From the human T2T-CHM13v2.0 reference genome, Homo sapiens: DNA of 64,000 nucleotides. Location: NCBI RefSeq assembly GCF_009914755.1, contig NC_060932.1. One strand, written 5' to 3'. How positions within the stretch are numbered: the stretch's first letter is position 1; each line of letters opens with the position of its first letter. Under the pieces are notes generated by a model. That model had not been told where the DNA came from. It saw only the letters and a program-made list of their open reading frames with translations, and did no database searches. Below, in pieces: positions 13,513-28,762 of this stretch. The position numbers were made by a program, and so were the translations under genes.

Positions 13513-15086
13513 TCAGATTTTTTAAAACTCCGTAATTTTCTGCTAGTCAAGTATATCAAACTAGGCCCTGAAATAAGTTTCAACAAAGGCAGGCTAATGT
13601 AGTAAATAATTTAGATCATGGTTATTTAATTGCTATATATCCTATGTTTCCCCCATGTAGAATTAATGTTTTCACTCTCTTTAAAAACATTTTTATTACT
13701 GAAGGAAGAAATCACTTTGAAACGTTAGATAAGCATATGGATTTTCAACGTAGTTTGATAGGTGATGTATTAATTGGGAAAAGAACACTATCAGATTCTG
13801 CCCCAGGGCATTTTTTTTTATTTTTTTTTTTACATTCTTACATTGTCTGTTCTCTGAATTGTGTGCGTGGTATGTATGCTCTCACAGTTTAATTTATAAG
13901 TTAAATAAATAACACGGAAACCAAAACAATCTGTGCTCCTTAAGTACTGTACAACAAACTTCTCAACCACAGGATTTACTTTAGCACTTCCCGAAAAGTG
14001 CTTCTGCAAATATACAAACTCACACCACCCACTTGCAGATTGCACTTGAATACCAAATAAGGGAGTCTTGAATGAATGAGGGGCTAGAATGCAAAACCCA
14101 GCATTTCTTTTAAAAGCAAACAAAAAAATAAAACATTGATTTTTTTTTTCCTGCATGTGCCTGGTAATACTAGTTTGCTTACACTCCTGTTTCTTGTTTC
14201 TTTCTCTTCCTAGCCTCCCTATACTTCATGATCCTCACCAGGTAAATTTAAGAATGGTAAAAACAGTGAAACTCATCTTTGGTTCTAAATCTCTTCACCT
14301 TTCCCATCTTTATTCATCCACTATCTTCCTTGTTCTCATGATTGTCAAAACAGGAGTCATGGAATCAAATAAACCCCAAGCCCAGAGTGGAGGGACTTGG
14401 AAGAGTCATTTTGTACAAAAGTCCAGGAGATTTAAATATAGTATTTAGATTTTCAGGGCTGAAAGGAACCTTACAGAGGGTTCAATCTCATTTCAGGTAT
14501 TTGACTCTTTCCTGAAATATGTAGAATTGTTTTAAAACAATTTTTAACTTTGTGAATTCTTGACTCGTTACGCCTACTCTCTTCAGCCTTTGAAACAGAA
14601 AATTATTAGTCTTAACTTTCAAACCAATAATGTTTAAACATTCAATAAAATAATTATTGTACATATCACATGAAACTAATGTTATAAGTCACTGCCTAAA
14701 TGAAGTACACGACTTTTTTTCTCTAACTTTCTTTCCCAGGCTAATTCTCTGGTATATTTTTCTACTTTCTGTGTTCCCATAGCAGTGAGAAAACAGGTAT
14801 CATCTTTATTTTGTTATTCTCTTGTTCAAATCTGAAAAGGTATTGAACTCAGAACTTGAGGAGCATAATTAGTATAGAAAGTAAAACAAGAAAAAGTAGA
14901 TACAATAAACTATTAAAAAATCAAATTCTGAAGCTCAAGGGGACCTCAGATATCATCTAATAAACTATCTTCGTTTTATTTTTAATGAAAAAACATTATT
15001 TAATTCTTTCATAGTTATTGGAAATTTCAGTTTTACTTTATTATTTTACCTTTATAGTTGTATGATACTTTGCTTTTTAAAATAAT

Positions 15087-15410
15087 TATTTTAGATTCAA
15101 AGGGTACAGATTTATTACATAGATATATTGCCTGGTGCTGATGTTTGGGCTTCTAATGATCCCATCGCCCAAGTGGTGAACATAGTACCAGATAGGTAAT
15201 TTTTCAACCTTGCCCCCTCTTCCCTCCCTTATTTTGGAATCCCCAGTGTTTGTTGTTCTCATCTTTGTTTCCTGTGTACCCAATGTTTAGCTCCCACTTA
15301 TAAGTGAGAACATCCTGTGTTTAGTTTTCTGTCTCTGTGTTAATTGGCTTTGGATAATGGCCTCCAGCTGCATCCATGTTGGACATGATTTTGTTCTTTT
15401 TTATGGCTGT
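15087..15410 (-). mobile_element. Old L1PA/L1PB 3' end fragment
   Basis: 'aatgtttagctcccacttataagtgagaacat' antisense L1 3' UTR. Confidence 0.85.
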
Positions 15411-15828
15411 GTTTTCATTTTACACGATGAAGAAAGGAAGACCTAGAAAATTTATGTGACTTGCTCAACAATACACAAATGGTTTATGATAGAGCCTCTG
15501 TTAGTTCCCATTCTCTTGACTTCCAGAACACCGCTGGCTGTATGAAAGATCTCAAGAGAAGCTTTAATGCATAAAACATATTTTTGCCTTTCTTGATTCC
15601 TAAAAGCTTTTTCTCTAGGCATTTGGATTCTGAGAACTTGATTTCTTTTCCTCTTCTTCTTTTTCTATTTGCATAACAGCTAACTCTAATTTAAGCTCTT
15701 TCAGCCCCAGTTATAGGAAACGTATTATGCATCCACTGAGCCAGTTCAATTCTCAGACAATTCTCAGTGTTTGGAATGGATTCCAGAGTCTCCCAGCATT
15801 TGACTATTTATTTATAATAAGGAAGGGG

Positions 15829-16122
15829 AGGCTGGGCACGGTGGCTCACGCCTGTAATCCCAGCACTTTGGGAGGCCGAGGCAGGCGGATCACGAGGTCA
15901 GGAGTTCGAGACTAGCCTAACAAACACGGTGAAACCCCGTCTCTACTAAAAATACAAAAAATTAGCCAGGCGTGGTGGTGGGTACCTGTAATCCCAGCTA
16001 CTCGGGAGGCTGAAGCCGGAGAATTGCTTGAACCCGGGAGATGGAAGTTGCAGTGATCTGAGATCACTGCACTCCAGCCTTGGTGACAGAGCGAGAGACT
16101 TCCTCTCAAAAAAAAAAAAAAG
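15829..16122 (+). mobile_element. AluS (Sg/Sc-like) element
   Basis: 'ggcggatcacgaggtcaggagttcgagac' and an A-tail. Confidence 0.95.
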
Positions 16123-16282
16123 AAGGGGGGGAGCAGTAGTATAGGCAATCCAAATTAATAAATAATTTTTGAGTAATTGCAAATAAATTTAATTGTAGAA
16201 ACTAATACCTAGGTTAACATATTAATGGGAGCATCCATCTTGGGCAAGGCATATATGCCGGAATGTTCAGGGCCTTGCTTTC

Positions 16283-16895
16283 TGTTGATGAAAAGACTCA
16301 AACTCTGTAAAATACTTGAAGAGATTTATTCTGAGCCAAATATGAGTGACCAGGGCCTGTGACACAGCCCTCAGGAGACCCTGAGAACATGTACCCCAGG
16401 TGGTCAGGGTGTAGCTTGGTTTTATACATTTTAGGGAGATATGAGACATCAACCAAGTACATTTAAGATATACATTGGTTCAGTCCAGAAAGGCAGGGCA
16501 ATCCAGAAAGCAGGGTAGAGGGCTTCCAGGGTCATAGGTAGATTTCAAATTTTTCTGACTGGCAATTGGTTGAAAGAGTCATTATCAATAGAAAGGAATG
16601 TTCCAGTTAGGATAAGAGGTTGTGGAATCCAAAGTTTTATCATGCAGATAAGCCTCCAGATAGCAGGCTTCAGAGAAAATAGATTGTAAATGTTTCTTAA
16701 CAGACTTAAGATCTGTGTTGATGTCAAATGCTGGTCCGCTTTTTCTGAATTTCAAAAGAAAGGAGCGCATAATAAGGCATTTCCAACCCCCCTTTTCCCA
16801 TCATGGCCAGAACCAGTCTTTCAGGTGCCCTGGACAAGGAGGGAGTTCATTCAGATGGCGGGTGGGGGGCCTTTGAATTTTATCTTTGTTTTACA
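16283..16895 (-). mobile_element. MER4A-like ERV1 solo LTR with 4-bp TSD tttc
   Basis: TG...CA ends, tttc at 16279-16282 and 16896-16899, and 'gagatttattctgagccaaatatgagtgacc'. Confidence 0.85.
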
Positions 16896-17220
16896 TTTCA
16901 AAGAGAGGTGACTTACATAGTTCCATCTACCACCATCTCTACAGCGTATAGGAGGAATGCTGATAACAGCTGCAGAAGTTCTGGAGCATACTTCAGATAC
17001 GAATGGTCTAAGCAATAATGGAATATTTAGTACTGGAGGGAAGTACATGGTAGAGCTGGTAGACCTGCAATGAAAATATTTCTAGAATGAACCTCATTGA
17101 GAAATGCCAAACAGTTCAGGAAACTAAAGGAATGAGCACTTGTAATCAGTTCCAAGAATATTATTAACAGGACTCTTCCCATTCACATGGTCTCATTACC
17201 ACTCCTCTCCATTATTTTTA

Positions 17221-17244
17221 CACACACACACACACACACACACA
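17221..17244. repeat. (CA)12 microsatellite
   Basis: Direct reading. Confidence 0.95.
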
Positions 17245-17727
17245 ATGTGTTTATTTTCAACTCCATTTGATCTATATGTATCTTCTCTCTTCATTTTAGT
17301 AGCTTTCTGATTCTCACTGTTTTCTAAGAGATGATGTAATTTACTATTTTTATTTAAAAAGTTCTACATCTCTTCTCTTTGGAAATTCTGCAGATTTGTC
17401 TGATTATGAAAAATTAGGCATTTACCTTTAAAATGAATCCCAACACGCCAAAAACAGTTTCAGTGTCTTCCTAGTCGTTCTAATATCACTGCAGAAAGCA
17501 TTCTCAGTCTTTACAAAGATGTTTTTTAAGATTATGTTAGTATATGGGAAATAAAAAGATATTGCTACAATGGGTCCTCTTGGCTCAGCTGTCTTGAGGA
17601 CCAGTGTGGATCCATGCAGACTTGGATTGAGCTGTAGCAGATTACAGAAGTTCTTGAACGATTGTTTTCCTTACTTCTGGATGGGAAGAATATACATGGA
17701 GGAAGTTCTTTTTCTTTCCTTGAAGAT

Positions 17728-18047
17728 CAGGATTCCCCAACCCCTAGGCAGTGGACCAGTACCCGGCAGTGGCCTGTTAGGAACCTGGCCGCATAGCAGG
17801 AAGTGAGCAGCAGGCAACTGAGCATTACTGCCTGAGTGCCATCTCACATCAGATCATTGGCTGCATTAGAGTCTCATAGGAACAGGAGCCTTATTGTGAA
17901 CTGTGCATGCAAAGGATGTAGGTTGCATGCTCCTTCTGAGAATCTAATGCCCTAATGCCTGATGATCTGAGGTGGAACAGTGTCCTCCCAAAACCAATCC
18001 CCCTCCTCAACCCACCTCTCCATCCATGGAAAGGTTGGGGATGGCTG
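17728..18047. mobile_element. MER1B-like hAT-Charlie element
   Basis: TIRs 'caggattccccaacc' and 'aaggttggggatggctg'. Internal 'gagaatctaatgcc..tgatgatctgaggtggaacag'. Confidence 0.85.
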
Positions 18048-18475
18048 CTGTAGATGGCATATTTCCAGATTCTCTAGAGTCTTTGGCTTTTTAAGGATCG
18101 TTTTAACCCTTGTATATTGTGTTTTCTTCTAATTGTTTCCTCTTAAATAAGGGATCACAGAACTAGACACCTCTATGGATAAGTTTTGTGCTAAAAAGCA
18201 GTTCCTTATCTACAATCTTTTCTCCTTCAGGCCATTGCCACTTCCTCTTCCTTGATTATCCCATTTCCCAGTTTTTCACCACTAGGTGTCATAAGTATTC
18301 ACACAAATGCCTGAAAGGTGTAAAAATAAGCTTTCTTTTAAGTTGTGCCCCTGAATATCTTGACTTTCCACATCCAAATCTTGTATTGCTTGGGCTCATG
18401 TTATTAGCTCACATTGACATGCGATTCCAACTCAGAATAGAGAGTGTAGAAAAAGTCATAAAATCAAGGAAAAAC

Positions 18476-18901
<426 letters not shown>

Positions 18902-21780
18902 TTAACGGGCAGCTTTCCTTTTAGTGATGGGCTGCACAAGAGTGCGTTGAAAAATCCCTTAGGAATCATTTATTACTTTGTAATGGGGAAACGTGAGACA
19001 TCACAACCCAGTCTTGTGCTACTTATTTGTATTTCAGCTGAAACGGCTGACACATTAAAAAACATTTTCAAATCATGGATTTTTAGAGCTAGAGCTAGAA
19101 GAATCCTTAAAATGAAGTCTAATCTTTTCATTTTATGTGAAGGAAATAATACCTGGAGTGGTTTGCTCCAGGCAAAACTAGATCTTGGACACACATCTCC
19201 CTACTTCTAAGCATCTTGCATCCTCTCTGTACGTGTTACTATTGGGATAGATTCATGCCTCTACTCTGGAATAGATTCATGTATCTACTCTAGAATTTTA
19301 AGGAAAATATAAACCATAATACTCCTTCGACTATGCTTAATATTATGAGAAAAAGCTTAGCTCAGTAAGCCTCCTCGGTGGAGAGTTAATGTTAAAAAAA
19401 TTAGGCTATTAGTTACTGGCACAATAATAAGAAACAATTTTTAACAGATTTTGCAGATTGCGTTTTAATTCAGAATGATGGGATAACTTCCTTTTTGCTT
19501 TTCTTTGTATTGAAAGTCAGTCAGATCCATACATATTTTTTATTGAAGTTTTTTTTTTAAAAAAGGGGATGACCATATTTAATGAAAAGATATACTCGAT
19601 CCATTGGTATTCTAAGTAAAAAAGAATATTATTATTGTTCTCACCAAGATGTAAAGGAAATAAGCTTACTCAGATGTAAAAGCAGTGCAAATATTGTATT
19701 TTTAAAGTAGCTATATCATAAAATAATTAATTTTGTTCGTGTATACCCTTTATTCGTTGGGAGGAGCAGCTGTCAAAAGGCCTGGGGAGTCCCTGTCCTC
19801 TGGTGCTCATCCAGTTCCCCAAAGGAAGGATAGGATCATGCAGATCTTGTAAGATCCAAATAAGCCTCTTTTCTTCATGTTGACTGAACTTTCCTTGATA
19901 AATCCAGGTGCAGAGAATGTCTTGTGCGTAAGAATTTTACCTAATTATAATACTGAATAATTCCTTTGGCGAAATTTTCTCTCCCTTTTGTTTTTTAAAG
20001 ATAATTAAAAACATTTTAATTGTATTTTTTCCTAGTTTTATTGAGGCATGATTGACAAACAAAGGCTAAATTTTCTTTTAAAATTTTGAAACACTGAATT
20101 AAAAACTAACTCTTTGGTCATAACTACAGTGAATGGAAATTATATAAACTGGTGATTCTGAATGGTGTTTGAGATGTTACACCAAAAAAAGGCAAGGTTA
20201 AATAAATTAGGGAGATAAGGTTGTATGCTTAACACCTTTTCTTAGACATTCATAATACTGCTTAGCATATCAAAGACTGAAAAATCCTGAAATTAAGAAA
20301 CTTAACCAACCGTGTTTAAAGTAGCATGTTCTGAGTATAGTTGATCAGAAACTTCTGTTGTAAAATACAAGTAACATCTTGTGAAAAACAGGTTGAGAAA
20401 CCTTGATTGCCCTAATGACATAAGATACTTGCTTGATAAATCAACTACTGCATATCTTGCAATATGCAACCCTTCTATTTGACTTTTATCGTACTTATTG
20501 GCAGTATCTTAACAGTATTCCTTTTGCCTCTATGACTACTTTTTGGCCAATGGGAAGATTCATGGTTGCAACATCAAAGACCCAATCCCTGCCAAGTTTA
20601 CCCACAGAATGTCACAATTATCAATGTCCTGTCAACAGATGAATCATTTAAAAATATTACCTTCAAGTGTGTTATAAAACAGTTTTTTCGGTTGATTTCC
20701 TCTAACTCATTTGTTTTCTTTTACTTAATATGAAATTGTTCAGTGTCACAGAGTCCCAGGCTATTTACTAAGCACCAAATATGCCTGGATTAAAAATACA
20801 ATGGTCATAGTCCCTGGGTTTGATAGTATGGTTGTTACCTGGTGGTAGGCGTAGCTAGTACATTCAAGATAAAATACTGACCCTTCAGTATCTCATAAGA
20901 GGTTGAGTGTGTTTGTTTCTAATGCTGCATGGAAGTGGTACATCCAGATTACCACTGGTAATGGAAGTTTATCAGAAAAATCAAGATATAACAAGGTAAC
21001 CTGGGCTACTGTTTCATAGATTTGTTGCAAATTTGCGTTATGTCCTGGAACTTCAATAATTGGGTATTCCATAAATCTTATGGAGAATTGTAATAATATT
21101 TTTATACTATTTTGCATCTGGCTACGGCTTCAGTGATTTGTTTCCCTGTGAGTACTTTCTATTTATACATCCCAAGAGAGATGATTCATTTTGACTACTT
21201 TGTCACCATTCCATTCAAAGAACTCTTACTAGGCAGAGTTTTATACCAAGTGACTACAAAGGCCATTGATCACCTTCCAGTTCAGGTTAATTTGGAAGCT
21301 AGTCACTTTGAACCAACCCAATCCCTAACTCCATCAATTAGGTGGAGGAGATACATGTGTCATAAATACTAGCTAATATTCCAGAAAAGTTACTTGCACT
21401 TTCTGTCCTAAAAGATGATATAATGAATGTGGTGATGGGAACCCAGATTTTCATAGAAATTTTTTGGTCCAAGGCCTGTCAAGATCTGATTGCCACCTGC
21501 TCCTTCAACTGATTTCTGATTATCCTTCTCCTTCATTAGTTAAAATAAAGTAATAAAAGTAAAGAAATTGCTATTCTCTAAATGTTTCATGCTTTTATTT
21601 CCTTACATAATTTGTGCTTGCTCTTCTTTTCTACTAGAATGCCATCCTCTTCCTTTATCACCAAATTAAATTCTTCTCATATTTCTGGGTTTGATTCATG
21701 AAGTACCTTTCCTAGGTACTTTTATGTCATTCCTAGGTTCAAAGAAAATTTTAATGCTGTGAAAAAAATTAAGGATGGAC

Positions 21781-24700
21781 AGATTAAGATGGCAGACAGG
21801 AGGCAGGACTAGCTTGCAGCTGTTGCTCAGATGGACAGAGCAGCGTGTGGAGACTCACATTGTGAACTTTTGCTCCAAGAACTACTGCAGGAACATACCA
21901 GGAAAGCTGAGAGAATCCACAGACCCTTTGAAGGTACTGGATCACTACTGCAGGCTCCCTGAGATGCTGCTGAAAAACTGTGAGTCTGCTTGCTTTCTCA
22001 ACAGGGAGGCTCGTGGTCTGGGGCAAGTTCTCAGCCCTGGTCACTGGCTGCTTGGAAATAGACCTGGTGCTGTTGCAGGGCCACAGTGGGAGTGAGACCG
22101 GCCTTTAGGACTATGGGCTGCGTGGGAATGCGGTGAGGCCTGTGGCTGCCGACTTTCTCCCACTTCCCTAGTGACCTGTATGACTCAGCAAAGGCAGCCA
22201 TAATCCCTCCGGGACTATAACTCCATTGGCCTGGGAACCGCACCCCCATCCCCCACAGCAGCTGCAGCAAGACCCGCCCAGAGAGAGGCTGATTTCAGAC
22301 ACGCCTATCCCTGTCCCCACCTGGTGGTCTTTCTTTACCCTCTCTGGTAGCCAAAGACAAAGGTCTCAATTTCTTGAGGGCTCTATGGCCTGCCCACCAC
22401 CTGAGAAACCTGAGTACTTAACCAGGTGTCCCTAGGGCAAGTTTGCATTCTCCCTATAGGACCACAGCTGATGCGCTCTTGAAAGCACCACCTCCTGGCT
22501 GGAGGCCAACCAACCCAAAACCAGCACACTAAAAAACACAACCAAGGACCCTCACAGAGTCCACTTCACTCCCCTGCTACCTCCACCAGAACAGGTGCTG
22601 TTATACGCGGCTGAAAGACTTTAAGATGAATCACATCTCAGGACTCTTTGCAGACACTCCCCGGTACCAGCCCAGAGCCTGGTAGCTCCACTGGGTGGCT
22701 AGACACAGAAAGGCAAAAGCAATCACTACAGTTTGGCTCCCAGGAGGCCCCATTCCCAGGAGAAGGGGGAAAACATCCTATCAAGGGAGCATTCCATGGG
22801 ACGAAAGAATCTGAACAGCAGCCCTTGAATCCCAGATCTTCCCTTCGACATAGTCTATCCAAAAGAGAAGGAACCAGAAAAAAAATCCTGGAAATATGAC
22901 AAAACAACGTTCTTTAACACCCCCAAAAGATTAAGCTAATCAAGAAGGCACCACAGAAAGGTGAAGTCCAACTTAAATAAATAAAAAAGCGTAATACAAG
23001 ATATGAAAGGAAAATTCTTCTGTGAAATAGCATAAATGAAAAACAATCACATTAGGTAATCATGACTCACTCAGAGAAATGCAAAATGCACTGGAAAGTC
23101 TCAGCAATAGAATCGAACAAGAAAGAACTTCAGAGCTCAAAGACAAGGCTTTTGAATTAACATAATCCATGAAAGACAAAGAAAAAAGATTATTAAAAAA
23201 AAAACGAAGCATCCAAGAAATTTGAGACTATGTTAAACATCCAAACCTAAGAATAACTGGTGTTCCTGAAGAAGGGAAATCTAAAAGTTTGGAAAACATA
23301 TCTGAGGGAATAATGGAGGAAAACTTCCCCGGCCTTGCCAGAGATCTAGACAAATATAAGAGCTTAAAGAACACTGGGGAAATTCATTGCAAAAAAGATC
23401 ATTGCCTAGGCACATAGTCATCAAGTTATCTAAAGTCAAGATGAAGAAAACAATCTTAAGTTCTGTGAGGCAAAAGCATCAGATAACCTATAAAGGAAAA
23501 CCTATCAGATTAACAGCAGATTTCTCAGCAGAAACACTACAAGCTAGAAGGGATTGGGGTCCTAGTTCTAGCCTCCTTAAACAAAACAATTATCAGACAA
23601 GAATTTTGTATTCAGCGAAACTAAGCTTCATGACTGAAGGACAAATACAGTCTGTTCCAGATAAATGAATGCTGAGAGAGTTCGCCACTACCAAGCCAGC
23701 ACTACAAGAACTGCTTAAGAAAGCTCTAACTCTTGAAACAAATCCTCAGAATGCACCAAAATAGAACCTCCTTAAAGCATAAATCTCACATGAACTATAT
23801 AACAATAGCACAATGAAAAAAACCCAAGGTATTCAGGCAACAAATAGCACGATGAATAGAATAGTACCTTACATCTCATTACTCCCATCGAGTGTAAATG
23901 GCCTAATGCTCCACTTAAAAGATATGGAATGGCAGAATGGTTAAGAATTCACCCACCTAGTTTCTGCTGTCTTCAGGAGACTCACCTAACACATAAGGAC
24001 TCACATAAAGTAAAGGGGTGGAAAAAAATACTCCATGCAAATGAACACCAAAAGTGAGCAGGAGTAGCTATTCTTATATCAGACAAAACAAACTTTAAAG
24101 CAACAGCAGTTAAAAAAGACAAAAAGGGACATTATATAATGATAAAAGGACTAGTCCAACAGGAAAATATCACAGTTCTAAATATATATGCACCTAACAC
24201 TGGAGCTCCCAAATTTATAAAACAATTACTACTAGATCTAAGAAATGAGATAGAAAGCAACACAATAATAGTGGGGGTGTTTAGTACTCCACTGACAGCA
24301 CTAGACTGGTCATCAAGACAGGAAGTCAACAAAGAAACAATGCACTTAAACTATACCCTACAACAAATGGACTTAACAGATATTTACAGAACATTCTACC
24401 CAACAAATGCAGAATGCACATTCTATTCATCAGCACATGGAACATTGTCCAATATAGACCATATGATAGGCTACAAAAGAAGTCCCAGTAAATTTAAGAA
24501 AATAAAAATTATATCAAGTACTCTCTCAGATCACAGTAGAATAAAATTGGAAATCAACCCCAAAAGGCAACCTCAAAATCATGAAATATGTGGAAATTAA
24601 ATAACTTGCTCCTGAATGATCAGGAGCAGGTCAACAATGAAATCAAGATGGAAATTAAAAAATTTTTGAACGATAACAGTGACACAACCTATCAAAACCT

Positions 24701-26438
24701 CTGTGATACAGCAAAAATGGTGTGAAGAGGAAAGTTCATAACAATAAATGCCTACATCAAAAAGTCTGAAATAGCACAAAAAGACAACATAAGATCACAT
24801 CTCATGGAACTGGAGAAATAAGAACAAACTAAACCCAAAGCCAGCAGAAGAAAAGAAATAACTAACATCATAGCAGAACTAAATGAAATCGAAATAAAAA
24901 AATACAAAAGATAAATGAAACAAAAAGCTGATTTTTTGAAAAGATAAATAAAATTGATAGACTGTTAGTGAAACTAACCAAGAAATGAAGAGAGAAGATC
25001 CAAATAAGCTCAGTTAGAAATGAAACGAGAGATATTACCACCAATACTACAGAAATACAAAATATTATTCAAGGCTACTATGAACACCTTTACACACATA
25101 AACCAGAAAACCTAGAGGAGATGAATAAATTCTTGGAATTATACAACCCTCCTAGATTAAACTAGGAAGAAACAGAAACTCTGAACAGACCAATAACAAG
25201 TAGCAAGATTGAAACAGTAATTTAAAAAATTGCCAACAACAACAACAACAAAAGCCCAGGACCAGATGGATTCACAGCTGAATTCTATTAGACATTCAAA
25301 GAAGAATTGGTACCAATCTTACTGAATGAAACTACTCCAAAAGATAGAAAAAGTGGGAATCCTCCCCTAAATCATTCTATGAAGCCAGTATCACTCCAAT
25401 AGCAAAACCAGGAAAGGATATAACAAAAAAAGAAAACTACAGACCAATATCCCTAGTGAACATAGAGGCAAAAATCCTCAACAAAATACTAGTGAACTGA
25501 ATCCAATAGCATATCAAAAAGATAATTCACCGTGATCAAGTGAGTTTCATACCAGGGATGCAGGGATGGTTTAACATACGCAAGGCAATAAATGTGATGC
25601 CTTAAATAAACAGAATTAAAAGCAAAAATCACATGATCATCTCAATAGATGCAGAAAAACATTCAACAAAATCCAGCATCCCTTTATAATTAAAACCCTC
25701 AGCAAAATCGGCATAGAAGGGACATACCTCAATGTAATAAAAAGCCAACTATGACAAACTTACAGTCAACATTATACTGAATGAGGAAAAGTTGAAAGCA
25801 TTTCTCCTGAGAACTGGAACAAGACAAGGATGCCCACTTTCACCACTCTATTCAACATAGTACTGGAAGTCCTAGCCAGAGCAATCAGACAAGAAAAAGC
25901 AATGAAGGGCATTCAAATTGGTAAAGAGGAAGTCAAACTTTCACTGTTTGCTGATGATATGATCGTAAACTTAGAAAACCCTAAAGCTTCATTCAAAAAG
26001 CTCCTAAAACTGGTAAATGAATTCAGCAAAGTTTCAGGATACAAAATCAATGTACACAAATCAGTACCTCTGCTATACACCAACAGTGACCAAGCTGCAA
26101 ATCAAATAAGAACTCAACCCCCTTCACAATAGTTGCAAAATGATAAAATAAAATACTTAGGAATATACCTAACCAAGTAGGTGAAAGACCTCTACAAGGA
26201 AAACTACAAACACTGCTGAAAGCATAGATGACACAAAGAAATGAAAACACACCCCATGGTCATGGATGGGTGGAACCAATATTGTGAAAATGACCATATT
26301 GCCAAAAGCAATCTACAAATTCAATGCAATTCCCATCAAAATACCACCACCATTCTTCACAGAACCAGAAAAATAAAATCCTAAAATCCATATGGAATCA
26401 AAAAGAGCCTGCATAGCCAAAGCAAGACTATGCAAAAA
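21781..26438 (+). mobile_element. L1PB-type LINE-1: 5' UTR, degenerate ORF1 and ORF2 (EN + RT), 3'-truncated
   Basis: ORF fragments RHIVIKLSKVKMK..GKPIRLTADFS (ORF1), [15 protein letters not shown] (EN) and [10 protein letters not shown] (RT), with many stops and frameshifts. Confidence 0.93.
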
Positions 26439-28762
26439 CCTATGTCTTTATTATGAATTACCTCTTTTTTAAAGTTAACTATAACATATTTTTATTACTG
26501 CAATGAAAAGGAGACTTAACAGTTACACAACCATCTAAAATACTTCTCATTTACCAATTGCCAATTATGTTCCAAATGGTGGCTTTCCACTTTATCAGCT
26601 GATCTATTCCAGGTGCTCTCAAAAACTTATAAATCCCTGAAGGACAATTTCTGAACAGCAACTAGAAGTGAACAAAATAGCAAGAAACACTATACTCATA
26701 AAGTACTTTCCTATCACATTTTTCCCTCATCCTGGAAAAACGTTTTTTCTCCCATTGCTGATCTAAGCATCTCTTTATAATGCATGCCATCTACCTTTTT
26801 GGACTTATTTTCAGCTGGCAGATAGAAGCAAACTATATCCATTAGATTTCTGCAGCTTCTTCATCATTGGTTTTATTCATATGACACAATTAATATGTGG
26901 TCACCCACTTGGCTCTTAGGAAAGTATGACCCTGGTTTAAGGCCAGAATTTTTTCAGGAAAGAGATAGGTAGATTCTGATAATTAGAGGCTTGCTGTTGA
27001 ATACTTTCCAGCCCTGCAAACCAATACTTGTTGTTTATTGAAAATCTGAAACCTGAGATTATGGCAGTACCCCAAGAGACTGTCATTTTTTTTTTACTGT
27101 TGTGGGGAAATAAGACCTCCAGAACTTCTCTCTGTTAATCAGTTCAGGGTCTGGAAAATATACCCTTGGAATATATACACGCACATACACACACATATTT
27201 ATTTATAAAATCAAAATATGTATCATAATATATCATTGGGATATATATCTATATATAATATAGATATATCATATGTGATATGTATGATAGAAGTTGTAGG
27301 CTCAGTCCACGCTTAACTTGGAACCTTATAATCTTATTTCAGAAAGCCCTAGGGTAAGTGGAAGAACATCATGACACATGTGGATACAACTTTGTGATGT
27401 AAACTAGATTAACAGGAGGTGTCAGTGGATTGGAGAAGTATATGCAGTGTATAGCGAATACAGAAGCAGGTCAGCTCCTGCTGCTTCAGCTGAAGTCCAG
27501 TACCCACGCCACTCACTTGCTGTTTAGCTCCAAGTTCTGAATCCCTGCCACCAACCTGCCATTTTGTCCCTGGTAATATAAGCAATCCAAAACCATGGTT
27601 TTGAACTTAGTTGCTGGTAATTTGGTTGGCTAGATTTCCTGAAAGCTTTCCAGGTTTTCACCTTCAATCACCTAAATATGCTGGATAAAAAAGAAAATAA
27701 GTCATTTTAAACCCACAGTTAAGCCAAGAAGAAAGTATGCGTCATCTTCAAAGTGCAAAAATGAAGCAGGGGCACCAATCCAGAGTTGAGCCTTTGCTGA
27801 TACACGCTGCATGACTAGATTCTAGTCTTTCTTATAAACTAACCGTATCCCCTCCTTTGAGTAATGTGAGAGGACGTTCAGATATTCTATAGTTTTTGAA
27901 TGAGCATCTATTACATACCAGGTGCTATTTTGTGTTATCGTATGTGTACCTGTCACAATAACCTTAGGGAACAAAGTCAGGGGCCCAGGCAGTTTGAACA
28001 GGTGGATTGCAGATCCCTGAATCAAATTCAGACACCACAAATAGCTGTTCCTCACTAGAATTGTGGATGGGAATAAAATATGTCCTGAAAATAGACTTTT
28101 TTTTTCTTGGTTTTGGATAAAGAAAAAAAATATCGTGGAACTGAAAGCAAGTCTTGCTGCACAAAAACATGTTATTCTTCCTGTTGATTTCTTGAAAAAG
28201 AGCCTAATTTTTATGTCACTGAGAAAATAGTTTAACACAGTGGCTGGAGTTTTAGCTGATGGATCACAGATTTCCTGGGGGTAGGAGTAGGAGTTCACAC
28301 CCCAGATACCTTTATCTACATCACTTCCTCCCCGGCATAATATAAGTAAGATAATGCCTGGGAAATCCTTCAGGGACCCAGGCTGTCCAAAATTTCATAG
28401 GTAATTGCAAATTTTGAATCTCTCAATGAAAACTGCTGTTTAATATTTAAGTATAAAATATTTGAATGTTTGTATTTAAATCAGAAATAGAAAATGAGGT
28501 ATTGCATTAGACTGCTAGCAGACTAAGTTCCTGACAAGCCTGGAGGTAGCATACTGTCCACCCATACATTTGGAGCCCTGGGCAGTGGGGAAATGTTTCT
28601 GGGTTGCACAAGTCCCACTTGGACCCCTGTGATCTGCTTCCTGGGCTGCTTCCCAGTACGTGCCTCAACAGAAAGGCTGTCAGTGTGTTACAACCACTAT
28701 TGGTTCTTGTTCCTCTTTTGACAGGTGTGAGAATGTCTCTATCCCCTCCAGAGCCCTACGGA

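Noticed and set aside
13810-14150. T-run-bounded segment considered as a processed pseudogene 3' end
   Set aside because: No properly placed poly(A) signal, TSD or recognisable coding homology.
14290-14340. Minus-strand 'TRKIVDE..aaagatgggaaag' resembling the end of FABP exon 3
   Set aside because: Very short and purine-rich, has an in-frame stop, and there are no accompanying exon-like segments on that strand. Likely chance.
27822-28298. 158-aa ORF on the - strand
   Set aside because: No recognisable domain, non-ATG start, low-complexity F/K runs and no splice context.
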